A stretch of DNA of 64,000 bases from Candidatus Mediterraneibacter excrementavium (GCA_019120275.1 DWVL01000085.1:16382-80381); one strand, 5' to 3'. Shown: positions 20,028-30,371, counted from the first letter of the stretch. Numbers and translations: made by a program. The notes: generated by a model from the letters alone, not told the origin.

Positions 20028-22646
20028 TCAGCCGGTCTGTTCGCCGCCACCGCCGCCGGAGTCGCCACCGCCAGTGTCACCGCCGCCGGTATCGCCGCCG
20101 CCGGTATCACCGCCACCGCCGGTGCCCGGATCGGTCGTTCCGCCGCCGGTGCCCGGATCGGTCGTTGTGCCGCCGCCGGTGCCCGGATCAGGGGTTGTTC
20201 CGCCGCCGGTGCCCGGATCAGTCGTTGTTCCGCCGCCGGTGCCCGGATCGGTCGTTGTTCCGCCGCCAGTGCCCGGGTCGGTCGTTTCCGGTGTTGTCGG
20301 CTGTACGACTACATGGCCCGCACAGTGCTCTGTCGGCAGACTGTCTGCCGCGTAGTATTCTGTGACAGCCGGACAGCTGCTGGTTGCCAGCAGGCCGCTC
20401 TGCGTACAGATGGAAGCCTGTACAACAGAGGTAGGAACTTCAAAGTCTCTGTATTCCAGTCCGCTGTGGATACGCTCCATGATCTCATTCCAGATCAGCA
20501 GATGCCAGGATCCCATACCGGACATGGATTTATTTTCATCATAACCGCCCCAGATACTTGCAGTGTAGTAGGGGGTGAAGCCGCAGAACCAACGGTCTGC
20601 ATAGTCATTCGTTGATCCGGTCTTTCCTGCTGTCGCCATATTGTCGAGCCTTGCGGAAGTACCGGTACCGCCGTTCACAACATCCACCATGGCGCTTGTG
20701 AGAAGATAAGCGGTGGAGTCCTTGATCGCCGTGTGTGTCGGCGGCTGGCTGTTGTCGATCAGCACATTTCCGTCGTGATCAAGGATCTGTGTGTACAGAA
20801 CAGGATTGGTATAGGTTCCTTTATTGGCGATCGATGCAAAAGCGGCAGTGATGTCGATATTGCGGACACCTTTCGTAATACCGCCGAGCGCAAGCGCCTG
20901 GTTCATATCATCTTCAACGATCGTGGTGATGTTGAAATTGTTCTTTACATATTCGTAACCCTCAGCCGGACCTACGATCTCAGTCAGGGTGCGTACGGCA
21001 CAGGTGTTGATGGACTGCTTGATCGCATTGCGCACAGAGGTGGGTCCGATATACCGGTTATTGGTGTTGTGGACTTCCTGGCCGCTCTCATATTTGTACG
21101 GTTCGTCCACGACTGTGGTAGCAAGAGAAATCTGCCCCTGGTCAAGGCCCGGTCCGTATGTCGAGAGGATCTTGAAACAGGATCCCGGCTGCTGGGCAGC
21201 TGAGTCTGCAGTTGCACGGTTCAGTGTACGGTTGCCGGTCTTCTGGCCGCGTCCGCCGACAATGGCTTTCACATAGCCGGTTGACTGATCCATGACCACG
21301 AAAGATACCTGGGGCTGGAGTGTGATCGTATAATTCTCATCCACAGTATCCCCGGCTTCCGTATTAATGTTAAGCGTCGCCTTGTAAGCTTCGATCGCCT
21401 GCCTTGCTTCATCTTCGGAAGAGAAGACGAGCGGGGTTCTCGAATCAATATTTTCAGAAATGAATTTCTTCAGCTGCTCTTTTGAGTAATTCTCAGCTGT
21501 GCCGTCAGCCCGGTGGACTGTAAGTGCAAATTCCAGGCCATATTCTGTGGCAGGGTAGTAATCTGGATTGGTTGTTACCTCGTCACAGATCTGCTGGATC
21601 CCGAGATCCTGTGTGGAAATGATCGTAAGACCGCCGCTGTACAGCAGGTTGTAGGCCTGGGTTTCGGTATATCCTTTCTGTGCCATCAGATCCTGGATGA
21701 CTTCCTCGATCAGCGCGTCCGTAAAGTAAGAGTACGGTGTTGAGTCTTCAGTGACCGCTGCGGTCTGCAGGATGCGGTCGTATACCGGATCGGCAACGGC
21801 TTCGTCATACTGCGCCTGGTCGATGTATCCCTGCTCAAGCATATTGCTCAGTACAGTTCCGCGGCGCTTTGCATTCTCTTCCGGATTTTTAACCGGATCG
21901 AACCGGGTCGGATTCTGGGTGATCGCCGCGATGACCGCACACTCGGAAAGCGTCAGATCGGATACGTTTTTGTTAAAGTAGCGTGTGGAAGCCGTCTGTA
22001 CGCCCAGACAGCCCTGTCCGAGGTTGATCGTATTCATATACGCTTCCAGAATCTGCTCCTTGGTCATCTCTTTCTCGAACTGGAGCGCCAGATACTGCTC
22101 CTGGAGTTTACGTTCCAGTTTGTCAAAAAAGGTTTCTTCATTGACGAAATCAGGGAACACGTTATTTTTGATCAGCTGCTGGGTCAGGGTGCTGGCGCCT
22201 TCCGAGAAATGAAATCCATTGGAAATGCCGACAAATCCTGCCCTGATGATTCCCTGCAGGTCGATCCCGTTGTGTTCATAGAAACGCTCGTCCTCAATCG
22301 CCACAAAAGCATGAGGAAGAAAATCATTATTTGCGGTGATCTCGGCGTATGTCCTGTATACACGGTTGGAATCTGAGTCTTTCAGTGTATCGATCGTAGT
22401 CCCGTTCGCATCTACGATGTTCGTTGTATATCCTTTGGGCAGGATATCGTCTGCGGATACGGCGGGAGCGTTGTCGATGATCTTCTTGGCAAAGATGCCT
22501 GCCCCGACTACACAGATGATGCCCAGGAGCAGGATACAGATCACAAGGGCCTTAAAAAAACGTACGCCTACGCGTTTTTTCTGCATTCTTTTTTTAGAAG
22601 AAATATTCTTTTTCCTTCTGGAAAGATTATTTTTTCCGTAATTCAC
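20028..22646 (-). CDS. Class A penicillin-binding protein (PBP1A family)
   Basis: EDERFYEHNG, GASTLTQQLIKN, RKLQE transglycosylase motifs; PGSCFK, SIN, KTG transpeptidase motifs; probable GTG start after AGGAGG. Confidence 0.95.
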   Translation of the reverse strand: MNYGKNNLSRRKKNISSKKRMQKKRVGVRFFKALVICILLLGIICVVGAGIFAKKIIDNAPAVSADDILPKGYTTNIVDANGTTIDTLKDSDSNRVYRTYAEITANNDFLPHAFVAIEDERFYEHNGIDLQGIIRAGFVGISNGFHFSEGASTLTQQLIKNNVFPDFVNEETFFDKLERKLQEQYLALQFEKEMTKEQILEAYMNTINLGQGCLGVQTASTRYFNKNVSDLTLSECAVIAAITQNPTRFDPVKNPEENAKRRGTVLSNMLEQGYIDQAQYDEAVADPVYDRILQTAAVTEDSTPYSYFTDALIEEVIQDLMAQKGYTETQAYNLLYSGGLTIISTQDLGIQQICDEVTTNPDYYPATEYGLEFALTVHRADGTAENYSKEQLKKFISENIDSRTPLVFSSEDEARQAIEAYKATLNINTEAGDTVDENYTITLQPQVSFVVMDQSTGYVKAIVGGRGQKTGNRTLNRATADSAAQQPGSCFKILSTYGPGLDQGQISLATTVVDEPYKYESGQEVHNTNNRYIGPTSVRNAIKQSINTCAVRTLTEIVGPAEGYEYVKNNFNITTIVEDDMNQALALGGITKGVRNIDITAAFASIANKGTYTNPVLYTQILDHDGNVLIDNSQPPTHTAIKDSTAYLLTSAMVDVVNGGTGTSARLDNMATAGKTGSTNDYADRWFCGFTPYYTASIWGGYDENKSMSGMGSWHLLIWNEIMERIHSGLEYRDFEVPTSVVQASICTQSGLLATSSCPAVTEYYAADSLPTEHCAGHVVVQPTTPETTDPGTGGGTTTDPGTGGGTTTDPGTGGGTTPDPGTGGGTTTDPGTGGGTTDPGTGGGGDTGGGDTGGGDTGGGDSGGGGGEQTG
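20041..20290 (-). repeat. Coding tandem repeats in the PBP1A tail (TDPGTGGGTT about 6 copies, then GGGD(T/S) about 4 copies)
   Basis: 30-bp unit CGCCGCCGGTGCCCGGATCGGTCGTTGTTC repeated, one copy 27 bp, followed by 15-bp units. Confidence 0.95.
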
Positions 22647-22830
22647 GAATAACATCCTCCTTTTCAACTCCTATGATTATAACAAATATATCCTTTTAAA
22701 TAAAGAAAAAAATAAAATCTTCATATTTTCATAATTATTTTACATTTACAGACACATTCCGGGTTTCCATGACGTTTGGGTTGTGGTTTCGTGATTACTC
22801 TGATATAGTAGTGTGAACGGAGGAGGATCT

Positions 22831-23472
22831 ATGGAAGCTTACAGTACAGTCTGCGGATATGGTACAGGCGAGATCGTGGAAAAGAAATCCCGGTTCATCG
22901 CGGAAGTTTTTCCGGTTGATTCCGAGGAGGATGTATCCGCACAGATCGAGAAGGTAAAAAAACAATACTGGGATGCAAGGCATCACTGCTGGGCGTACGT
23001 GATCGGGCGGAATCCCGGAACGGAGCGGATGAGTGACGACGGGGAGCCGGCGGGTACTGCGGGGAAGCCGATCCTGGAAGTGATCAGAGGAAAGGGACTT
23101 ACGGATGTCCTGATCGTGGTCACCCGGTATTTCGGAGGTACGCTCCTGGGGACAGGAGGACTGGTAAGAGCGTATACGCAGGCGGCAGCGGAAGGACTGT
23201 CGCATGCAGGGATATTGAGGAAGGTGCAGGGCGTCCGCCTGAGGATCGGGACAGATTATACCGGACTCGGGAAGATCCAGTACATCCTGGCGCAGCGGGA
23301 TATCTGTATACGGGATACGGTTTATACAGACCGTGTGGAGATTCTGGCAGAAGCTGCCGCCGATGGAACGGACATCCTGAAAAAAGAGATCACGGAAGCC
23401 ACGAACGGCAGGGCAGTGATCGAAGAAGAGGGAGACTGCTGGCTGACGGTGAGGGAACAGCCCGGTGAATAA
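22831..23472 (+). CDS. YigZ/IMPACT family protein
   Basis: EKKSRFI, ARHHCWAY, SDDGEPAGTAG, VVTRYFGGTLLGTGGL. Confidence 0.95.
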   Translation: MEAYSTVCGYGTGEIVEKKSRFIAEVFPVDSEEDVSAQIEKVKKQYWDARHHCWAYVIGRNPGTERMSDDGEPAGTAGKPILEVIRGKGLTDVLIVVTRYFGGTLLGTGGLVRAYTQAAAEGLSHAGILRKVQGVRLRIGTDYTGLGKIQYILAQRDICIRDTVYTDRVEILAEAAADGTDILKKEITEATNGRAVIEEEGDCWLTVREQPGE

Positions 23473-23476
23473 AGAA

Positions 23477-23524
23477 CCGCCTGCATAACAGAGAGGTAAG
23501 ATCCATCTCTGCGATGCAGGCGGC
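23477..23524. terminator. Hairpin between convergent yigZ and hpf
   Basis: CCGCCTGCAT...CAGAGA / TCTCTG...ATGCAGGCGG inverted repeat; no clear U tract. Confidence 0.55.
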
Positions 23525-23547
23525 CTTGCATTATACTAAATCTGTCT

Positions 23548-24105
23548 CTATGAAAATTCAGGTTCGATCAGTCCGAAAGAACCGTCTTTTCTCTTATATA
23601 CGACATTGACTTCATCTGTTTCGGCATTGGAAAATACGAAAAAGCTGTGCCCCAGGAGTTCCATCTGCAGGCAGGCATCTTCCGGATACATGGGTTTGAC
23701 GCCGAACCGTTTGGTGCGTACGATGCGGATCTCATCGTCTTCAGCCGGAGCTTCTTCTGATTCAATGAATTCTTTCCGGATGCTTCCGGTCTCTGCTGCG
23801 GAAGTCGGATGCCCCTGGCTCTTGGAAACCAGTTTGTTCTTGTATTTGCGGAGCTGGCGTTCGATGATCTCCTCGACAAGGTCAATGGATACATACATGT
23901 CGCTGCTGGTCTGTTCGGAGCGGATGATGGTGCCCTTGACAGGGATCGTCACCTCGATCTTCTGACGCTCCTTTTCAACACTTAAAGTAACAGTGATCTC
24001 TGTTTCAGGAGTGAAGTACCGTTCAAGTTTTCCCAGTTTCTGTTCGATCGTTTCTCTGAGTCCTGCAGTCACTTCAATGTTTTTTCCGCTGATGATAAAA
24101 TTCAT
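23548..24105 (-). CDS. hpf: Ribosome hibernation promoting factor (long HPF/RaiA)
   Basis: ISGKNIEVT, DMYVSID, RQLRKYK, KPM.PEDACLQMELLGHSFFVF, VVYKRKDG. Confidence 0.95.
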   Translation of the reverse strand: MNFIISGKNIEVTAGLRETIEQKLGKLERYFTPETEITVTLSVEKERQKIEVTIPVKGTIIRSEQTSSDMYVSIDLVEEIIERQLRKYKNKLVSKSQGHPTSAAETGSIRKEFIESEEAPAEDDEIRIVRTKRFGVKPMYPEDACLQMELLGHSFFVFSNAETDEVNVVYKRKDGSFGLIEPEFS

Positions 24106-24193
24106 ACTGTTCAACTCCTTTTTGTTCAGTTTTGCCATAAACATATGAAAAATATGTGTATGTATTATGTAAATATTATAACATGGAAAGGAG

Positions 24194-24808
24194 TTATTGT
24201 ATAGAACGAATCACTTCGATACGGGTGATTTTTCCGTCTTTCATTTTGGCGATCCGGAGGCCGAAATCGGTAAAGTATGCGCATGCGCCTGTGCCTGGCT
24301 CAGTACCTGTTTCTTCCAGCTTCCTGAGAAGAACGTCCAGCAGCGTGTCGTCTTCATGTTCACAGGGAATGCCCAGACGGAACAGCCGGTTGATGTGCCG
24401 GATCTTCTGCCCTGCCCGGAAGATGGTCTTGTACGTTTCGTCGAACGGAGCAAAGAGAAATTTCCTTGTGGCAAACAGGATCGCGATAGCTACTACGCCG
24501 ATCAGACTGTTGAGCGGCGAGGAGTGGTCGATGATCACCTGGCGTGCGATGGCGAACAGCAGTACTTCAAACACGGTGACCGGTGTGTGCAGATAGAGCA
24601 TCCGGATCAGTTCCACGCCGATGATCAGGTTAAAGCAGGCTGTGAGCAGGTCGTCATAGTTCGGATAGGTGTTCAGATCCGGGAGCTCCCCGATGGAGAA
24701 GATCAGCTGTCCGATCATGATGATGATCCCGCAGGCCAGCACGATGGCGATGACAAATTCCATGATCTTCGTCAGTTTCTTTAAAAAGATGCGGGCATAT
24801 TTCTCCAT
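24194..24808 (-). CDS. Membrane protein, PsiE-like TM region plus CorC/HlyC-like C-terminal domain
   Basis: 4 TM segments with IGVELIRML and AIARQVII; tail GQKIRHINRLFRLGIP..DDTLLDVLL..PGTG...MKDGKITRIEV. Confidence 0.6.
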   Translation of the reverse strand: MEKYARIFLKKLTKIMEFVIAIVLACGIIIMIGQLIFSIGELPDLNTYPNYDDLLTACFNLIIGVELIRMLYLHTPVTVFEVLLFAIARQVIIDHSSPLNSLIGVVAIAILFATRKFLFAPFDETYKTIFRAGQKIRHINRLFRLGIPCEHEDDTLLDVLLRKLEETGTEPGTGACAYFTDFGLRIAKMKDGKITRIEVIRSIQ

Positions 24809-24853
24809 GGGAAACCTCCTTTGCTGGTGCGTAATATGATCAGTCGGATCATA

Positions 24854-26680
24854 TTACTTCATGTTGCTGCGCTTGCGCATCCTGGAATCCAGGATTTTCT
24901 TGCGTATGCGCAGGGATTTCGGTGTTACCTCCAGGAGCTCGTCTGTATCGATGAAGTCGAGCGCCTGCTCCAGGCTTAAGATCCGCGGCGGCGTCAGCCG
25001 CAGGGCCTCATCGGCGCTGGAGGAGCGGGTGTTGGTCAGATGTTTCGTTTTGCAGACGTTGAGTTCAATGTCTTCGGCTTTTCCGTTCTGGCCGATGACC
25101 ATGCCGGCGTATACTTTCTCACCGGGTCCTATAAACAGTGTACCACGCTCCTGGGCGCTGTACAATCCGTAAGTCACGGATTCCCCGGTCTCGAAAGCGA
25201 TGAGCGATCCCTGTTTGCGGTACTGGATGTCTCCCTTATACGGCGCATAACCCTCGAAGCTGGTGTTGAGGATGCCGTTCCCTTTCGTATCGGTCAGGAA
25301 TTCACCCCGGTATCCGATCAGTCCCCGGGACGGGATGGAGAATTCCAGGCGGGTGTATCCGCCGCTCATGGGCGCCATATTGCGCAGTTCGCCCTTGCGC
25401 TGGCCAAGTTTCTCGATCACAACGCCCGTGAACTCATCCGGAACATCGATGTAAGCGGTCTCCATCGGCTCCAGTTTTTTGCCGTTTTCATCCTCGTGGT
25501 AGAGGACTTCCGCCTTGCTGACCGCGAATTCATAACCTTCCCGGCGCATGTTCTCGATCAGGACGGAGAGGTGGAGTTCGCCGCGGCCTGATACTTTAAA
25601 GCTGTCGGTATTGTCCATCTCTTCCACCCGGAGGCTGACGTCTGTGTTCAGTTCCCGGAACAGGCGGTCGCGCAGATGGCGGGAGGTCACGTATTTGCCT
25701 TCCTGCCCGGCGAAGGGGCTGTCATTTACGATGAACTGCATGGCGATGGTCGGCTCGGAAATCTTCTGGAACGGGATCGGATCCGGATGATCCGGTGAGC
25801 AGAGGGTATCGCCGATAGAAATGTCGGAAATGCCGGAGATGGCCACGATGGAACCGATGCCGGCTTCTCTGACTTCTTTCTTTTCCAGACCGTCGAACTC
25901 GTAGAGACGGCTGATCTTTACTTTCTCCTGTTTGTCCGGATCGTGATGGTTTACCAGGAGCATTTCCTGATTGACGGCGATGGTGCCGTTGTCCACCTTG
26001 CCGATGCCGATCCGGCCCACGTATTCATTGTAGTCGATGGTGCTGATGAGCACCTGGGTAGGCGCTTCCGGGTTGCCCTCCGGGGCCGGGATATAATCAA
26101 GGATCGTCTCAAAGAGCGGCTTCATGTCCCGTTCTTCGTCTGTCAGATCCAGGACCGCTACGCCGTTTTTGGCGGAAGCGTACACAAACGGGCACTCCAG
26201 CTGATCATCGGAGGCCCCCAGATCGATAAAGAGCTCCAGTACTTCGTCAATGACTTCATCTGGACGTGCTTCCGGACGGTCGATCTTATTGATGCAGACG
26301 ATGACCGGAAGGCTCAGTTCAAGCGCTTTGCGCAGGACGAATTTGGTCTGCGGCATGGCGCCCTCAAAAGCGTCCACGACCAGGATCACCCCGTTGACCA
26401 TTTTGAGTACACGCTCTACCTCGCCGCCGAAGTCGGCATGCCCCGGGGTATCGATAATATTGATCTTTACGCCTTTATAGTGAACGGCCGTGTTCTTGGA
26501 GAGGATCGTGATCCCTCTTTCCCGTTCGATATCATTGGAGTCCATTATACGCTCGGCTACTTCCTGATTTTCACGGAATACACCGCTCTGTTTGAGCAGT
26601 TCGTCCACAAGAGTCGTCTTGCCGTGGTCGACATGAGCGATAATCGCAATATTTCTTACATCTTCACGTTTTGTCTTCAT
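24854..26680 (-). CDS. typA: Translational GTPase TypA/BipA
   Basis: AHVDHGKTT, DTPGHADFGGEVER, NKID, GRGELHL, EVTPKSLRIRK. Confidence 0.98.
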   Translation of the reverse strand: MKTKREDVRNIAIIAHVDHGKTTLVDELLKQSGVFRENQEVAERIMDSNDIERERGITILSKNTAVHYKGVKINIIDTPGHADFGGEVERVLKMVNGVILVVDAFEGAMPQTKFVLRKALELSLPVIVCINKIDRPEARPDEVIDEVLELFIDLGASDDQLECPFVYASAKNGVAVLDLTDEERDMKPLFETILDYIPAPEGNPEAPTQVLISTIDYNEYVGRIGIGKVDNGTIAVNQEMLLVNHHDPDKQEKVKISRLYEFDGLEKKEVREAGIGSIVAISGISDISIGDTLCSPDHPDPIPFQKISEPTIAMQFIVNDSPFAGQEGKYVTSRHLRDRLFRELNTDVSLRVEEMDNTDSFKVSGRGELHLSVLIENMRREGYEFAVSKAEVLYHEDENGKKLEPMETAYIDVPDEFTGVVIEKLGQRKGELRNMAPMSGGYTRLEFSIPSRGLIGYRGEFLTDTKGNGILNTSFEGYAPYKGDIQYRKQGSLIAFETGESVTYGLYSAQERGTLFIGPGEKVYAGMVIGQNGKAEDIELNVCKTKHLTNTRSSSADEALRLTPPRILSLEQALDFIDTDELLEVTPKSLRIRKKILDSRMRKRSNMK

Positions 26681-26780
26681 AAAATATCAGCACTCTTTCC
26701 TTATAATATGTTCATTTACTGCAACTTTTTTATTTTATCACAAAATCTGTAATTTACAACACCGGGAATGCGAAAAATGG

Positions 26781-26836
26781 TGTCGAACGATTCCGGGACT
26801 GCGGGAGTTCTAAAGAGAAAAAAAGAAACATACATT
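26781..26836 (+). promoter_or_regulatory. Spo0A box and sigmaE-like promoter upstream of the ssb-like gene
   Basis: TGTCGAA at 26781-26787; TTCTAAA-14 bp-CATACATT at 26808-26836. Confidence 0.6.
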
Positions 26837-26884
26837 TAGTAGTGACTTAAAAATACCGGAAAGAGGAAGGGAGAACTACAGATT

Positions 26885-27514
26885 ATGTCAGATAAGATCA
26901 TTGAGAACAATCAGGTAACAGTCATAGGAACCGTGGTGTCGGAATTTACATACAGCCACGAGGTATTCGGCGAAGGGTTTTATATGACAGATATCCTTGT
27001 GAGAAGACTGAGCAGTTCAAATGACACGATCCCGGTGATGGTGTCGGAGAGACTGATGGATGTGTCGCAGAGTTACCGGGGACAGTGCATTAAAGTGACC
27101 GGGCAGTTCCGGTCATACAACCGGCACGAGGAACAGAGGAACCGGCTGATCCTCTCGGTGTTTGCCCGGGAGATCGAGTTTGTTGACGAGGAACCGGACG
27201 GAGCCCGCACGAATCATATCCTGCTGGAAGGTTATATGTGCAAACGTCCGGTATACAGGAAAACGCCGCTGGGACGGGAGATCGCGGATCTTCTGCTGGC
27301 GGTGAACAGGCCTTATGGAAAATCCGATTATATTCCCTGCATCTGCTGGGGCAGGAATGCCAGGTACGCGTCCGGTTTTGATGTGGGAGAACATGTGCGC
27401 GTGCTGGGACGGATCCAGAGCCGGGAGTATGTGAAGAAGCTTTCGGAGACAGAGGCGGAGACAAGGACGGCCTATGAAGTGTCTGTAAGCAAGCTGGAAT
27501 GCGTGGAAGAGTGA
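26885..27514 (+). CDS. Single-stranded DNA-binding protein with tandem OB folds
   Basis: Two SSB-like units (NQVTVIG...GQFRSY and NHILLEG...AVNR...DYIPCICWG...GRIQSREY); no acidic DDDLPF tail. Confidence 0.85.
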   Translation: MSDKIIENNQVTVIGTVVSEFTYSHEVFGEGFYMTDILVRRLSSSNDTIPVMVSERLMDVSQSYRGQCIKVTGQFRSYNRHEEQRNRLILSVFAREIEFVDEEPDGARTNHILLEGYMCKRPVYRKTPLGREIADLLLAVNRPYGKSDYIPCICWGRNARYASGFDVGEHVRVLGRIQSREYVKKLSETEAETRTAYEVSVSKLECVEE

Positions 27515-27622
27515 TCGTTAAAAGGATATCATATGTTGAGATTCGCTCTCATATATGATATCCTTTTTATATTACAGAAAACTTATTTGTACATTTTATA
27601 TACAGTCAGGAGGAATAGAATT

Positions 27623-28381
27623 ATGGTAAAGTTTCTGATGCACGGATGTAATGGAAAAATGGGACGCATGATCACGGAGATCGTTAAAAATGATGAGAAT
27701 GCCGTGATCGCGGCCGGCGTGGATGCGTATACCGGCGTCCCCAATGAGTATCCCGTATTCGAGTCCATTGACAAATGCGATGTGGATGTGGATGTGGTCA
27801 TTGATTTTTCAACGGCGTCGGCGGTTGACGGGCTTCTTGATTACTGTGTACAGAAGAAGCTGCCGGTCGTTCTCTGTACGACAGGACTTTCTGAGGAGCA
27901 GCTGAGGAAAGTGGAGGCTGCTTCTAAAGAAACGGCGGTGCTGAAGTCGGCAAATATGTCCCTGGGCATCAATCTGCTGCTGAAGCTTCTGAAGGATGCA
28001 GCGAAAGTGCTGGCTCCGGCCGGATATGACATGGAGATCGTGGAGCGCCATCACAATCAGAAGCTGGACGCGCCCAGCGGGACGGCGCTTGCCCTGGCGG
28101 ATTCCATTAATGAGGAAATGAACGGAGAATACGAGTATGTGTATGACCGCAGCCAGGTGCGCAGGAAAAGAGATAAAAAGGAGATCGGCATTTCAGCGGT
28201 GCGCGGCGGCACGATCGTGGGGATCCATGATGTGATCTTTGCCGGGACCGATGAGGTGATCGAGTTCACCCATACGGCATATTCCAGAAGCGTATTTGCC
28301 AAAGGCGCGGTTGAGGCAGGCAGGTTCCTGGCAGGGAAAGCGCCGGGAATGTATGATATGGGGGATGTTGTAGGTCTTTAG
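27623..28381 (+). CDS. dapB: 4-hydroxy-tetrahydrodipicolinate reductase
   Basis: GCNGKMG, VIDFS, CTTG, ANMSLG, ERHHNQKLDAPSGTA. Confidence 0.97.
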   Translation: MVKFLMHGCNGKMGRMITEIVKNDENAVIAAGVDAYTGVPNEYPVFESIDKCDVDVDVVIDFSTASAVDGLLDYCVQKKLPVVLCTTGLSEEQLRKVEAASKETAVLKSANMSLGINLLLKLLKDAAKVLAPAGYDMEIVERHHNQKLDAPSGTALALADSINEEMNGEYEYVYDRSQVRRKRDKKEIGISAVRGGTIVGIHDVIFAGTDEVIEFTHTAYSRSVFAKGAVEAGRFLAGKAPGMYDMGDVVGL

Positions 28382-28406
28382 AGTGGGGGATCCACGGGAG
28401 GATGAG

Positions 28407-30359
28407 ATGAAAGATCTGGAGACAAAATATCTGGAACGTTTGTCCGAACTTTATCCGACCATCGCGGCGGCGTCTACAGAGATCATTAATCTGCAGGCGA
28501 TCCTGAATCTTCCGAAAGGGACGGAACACTTCCTGACGGATGTTCACGGGGAATACGAGGCGTTCGCCCATGTGCTCAAGAACGGATCGGGATCCGTACG
28601 GCGCAAGATTGAAGACGTGTTCGGGAATACGATGAGCAAGAGAGATAAGAAAGCGCTGGCCACGCTGATCTATTATCCGAAGCAGAAAATGGATATGATC
28701 AAAAAGACAGAGTCGAATATGGAGGACTGGTACCGTGTCCATCTTTATCTGCTGATCGAGGTGAGCAAGCGGGCGGCAAGTAAATATACCCGCTCCAAAG
28801 TGCGCAAAGCGCTTCCAAAAGATTTTGCCTATGTGATTGAGGAACTGATCACGGAGAAGGCCGAAGTCAATGATAAAGAATCTTATTATAATGAGATCAT
28901 TTCCACGATCATACGCATCGGCAGAGCGGAGGAATTTATCGAAGCCATATCCGAACTGATCCAGCGGCTGGTTGTGGATCATATGCATATCGTGGGGGAT
29001 ATTTATGACAGGGGACCGGGACCGCATATCATCATGGACAAGCTCATGACTTATCATTCGCTTGATATCCAGTGGGGCAACCACGATGTCCTCTGGATGG
29101 GGGCTGCGGCCGGACAGCGGGGGTGTATCGCCAATGCAATCCGGATCTGCGCCCGGTACGGCAATCTGGACATCCTGGAGGAGGGATACGGGATCAACCT
29201 CCTTCCGCTTGCCACATTTGCCCTGCGCGTGTATGGGGACGATCCGTGCGAGTGCTTTAAGCTGAAAGCGTCCGGAGGCGCAGATAAGGATGAGCAGGAG
29301 ATGAATCTGCGCATCCATAAGGCAATCTCCGTCATCCAGTTTAAGGTCGAAGGACAGATCATTGCGCGTCAGAAGGCATTCCATCTGGAAGACCGGGCAA
29401 TGCTCCACCGGATCAATTATGAGAAGGGGACGATCGTGCTTTGCGGAAAGGAATACCATCTTCTGGATACGCATTTCCCGACCATCGATCCGGATGATCC
29501 GTATGCGCTGTCGACAGAAGAAGAGGAAATCATGGAACGGCTGGAGAAGGCGTTCGTGAACTGCGAAAAGCTGCAGCAGCATATGCGTTTCCTGCTGGCA
29601 AAAGGCGGCCTTTACAAGGTATATAATGACAATCTGCTCTATCACGGCTGTGTACCGCTCAATGAGGACGGCAGCCTGAAAGAGGTGGAAGTCTACGGAA
29701 AGATGTATAAGGGGAAAGAGTTGTATGACACGCTGGACTCTTATGTGAGGAAAGGATTTTTTGCCCTGGATGAGAAGGATAAGGAAGACGGCAAGGATAT
29801 TATGTGGTATATCTGGCTCCATCCGGATTCCCCGCTGTTCGGCAAGAATAAAATGGCAACGTTTGAGCGCTATTTCATTGCGGAAAAAGAAACCCATCTG
29901 GAGAAGAAGAATCCGTACTACTCCTACATAGAAAATGAAGCGGTGATCGACCGCATCATGGAGGAGTTCGGACTGGATCCGGCGGACGGGCATATCGTCA
30001 ACGGGCATGTCCCGGTGAAACGCAAGGATGGCGAGAGCCCGGTTAAATGCAACGGCAAGGTAATGGTGATCGACGGCGGATTTTCCAAAGCATATCAGAA
30101 GGAAACCGGGATCGCCGGTTATACGCTGGTCTATAATTCTTACGGACTCCTGCTGGTGGCGCATGAGCCGTTCGAATCAACAGAAGCGGCGATCGCGAAA
30201 GAGAATGACATCCATTCGGAGATCATGGTCGTCAAACGTCTGAAAGACAGACTGGCTGTGGGAGATACGGATGTGGGCCGTGATCTGAGAGAGCAGATCA
30301 CGGATCTGGAATGTCTCCTGGCAGCGTACAGAAACGGTGAGATCATTGAAAAACTGTAG
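28407..30359 (+). CDS. fbp: Fructose-1,6-bisphosphatase class III
   Basis: LPKGTEHFLTDVHGEY, GDIYDRGP, QWGNHD, NGHVPVK, IDGGFSKAY. Confidence 0.96.
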   Translation: MKDLETKYLERLSELYPTIAAASTEIINLQAILNLPKGTEHFLTDVHGEYEAFAHVLKNGSGSVRRKIEDVFGNTMSKRDKKALATLIYYPKQKMDMIKKTESNMEDWYRVHLYLLIEVSKRAASKYTRSKVRKALPKDFAYVIEELITEKAEVNDKESYYNEIISTIIRIGRAEEFIEAISELIQRLVVDHMHIVGDIYDRGPGPHIIMDKLMTYHSLDIQWGNHDVLWMGAAAGQRGCIANAIRICARYGNLDILEEGYGINLLPLATFALRVYGDDPCECFKLKASGGADKDEQEMNLRIHKAISVIQFKVEGQIIARQKAFHLEDRAMLHRINYEKGTIVLCGKEYHLLDTHFPTIDPDDPYALSTEEEEIMERLEKAFVNCEKLQQHMRFLLAKGGLYKVYNDNLLYHGCVPLNEDGSLKEVEVYGKMYKGKELYDTLDSYVRKGFFALDEKDKEDGKDIMWYIWLHPDSPLFGKNKMATFERYFIAEKETHLEKKNPYYSYIENEAVIDRIMEEFGLDPADGHIVNGHVPVKRKDGESPVKCNGKVMVIDGGFSKAYQKETGIAGYTLVYNSYGLLLVAHEPFESTEAAIAKENDIHSEIMVVKRLKDRLAVGDTDVGRDLREQITDLECLLAAYRNGEIIEKL

Positions 30360-30371
30360 AAAGGCAAAGGC

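Noticed and set aside
20041-20290. 30-bp repeats as a CRISPR array
   Set aside because: Units are contiguous with no spacers, lie in frame within PBP1A, and no cas genes are nearby
19845-20615. Ala/Arg-rich plus-strand ORFs with repeats
   Set aside because: Reverse-strand readings of the PBP1A repeat tail
28266-30164. 632-aa antisense ORF opposite fbp (likewise 52360-54312, 59949-61295, 33575-34771)
   Set aside because: Shadow ORFs mirroring conserved genes; no recognisable motifs; expected from codon bias
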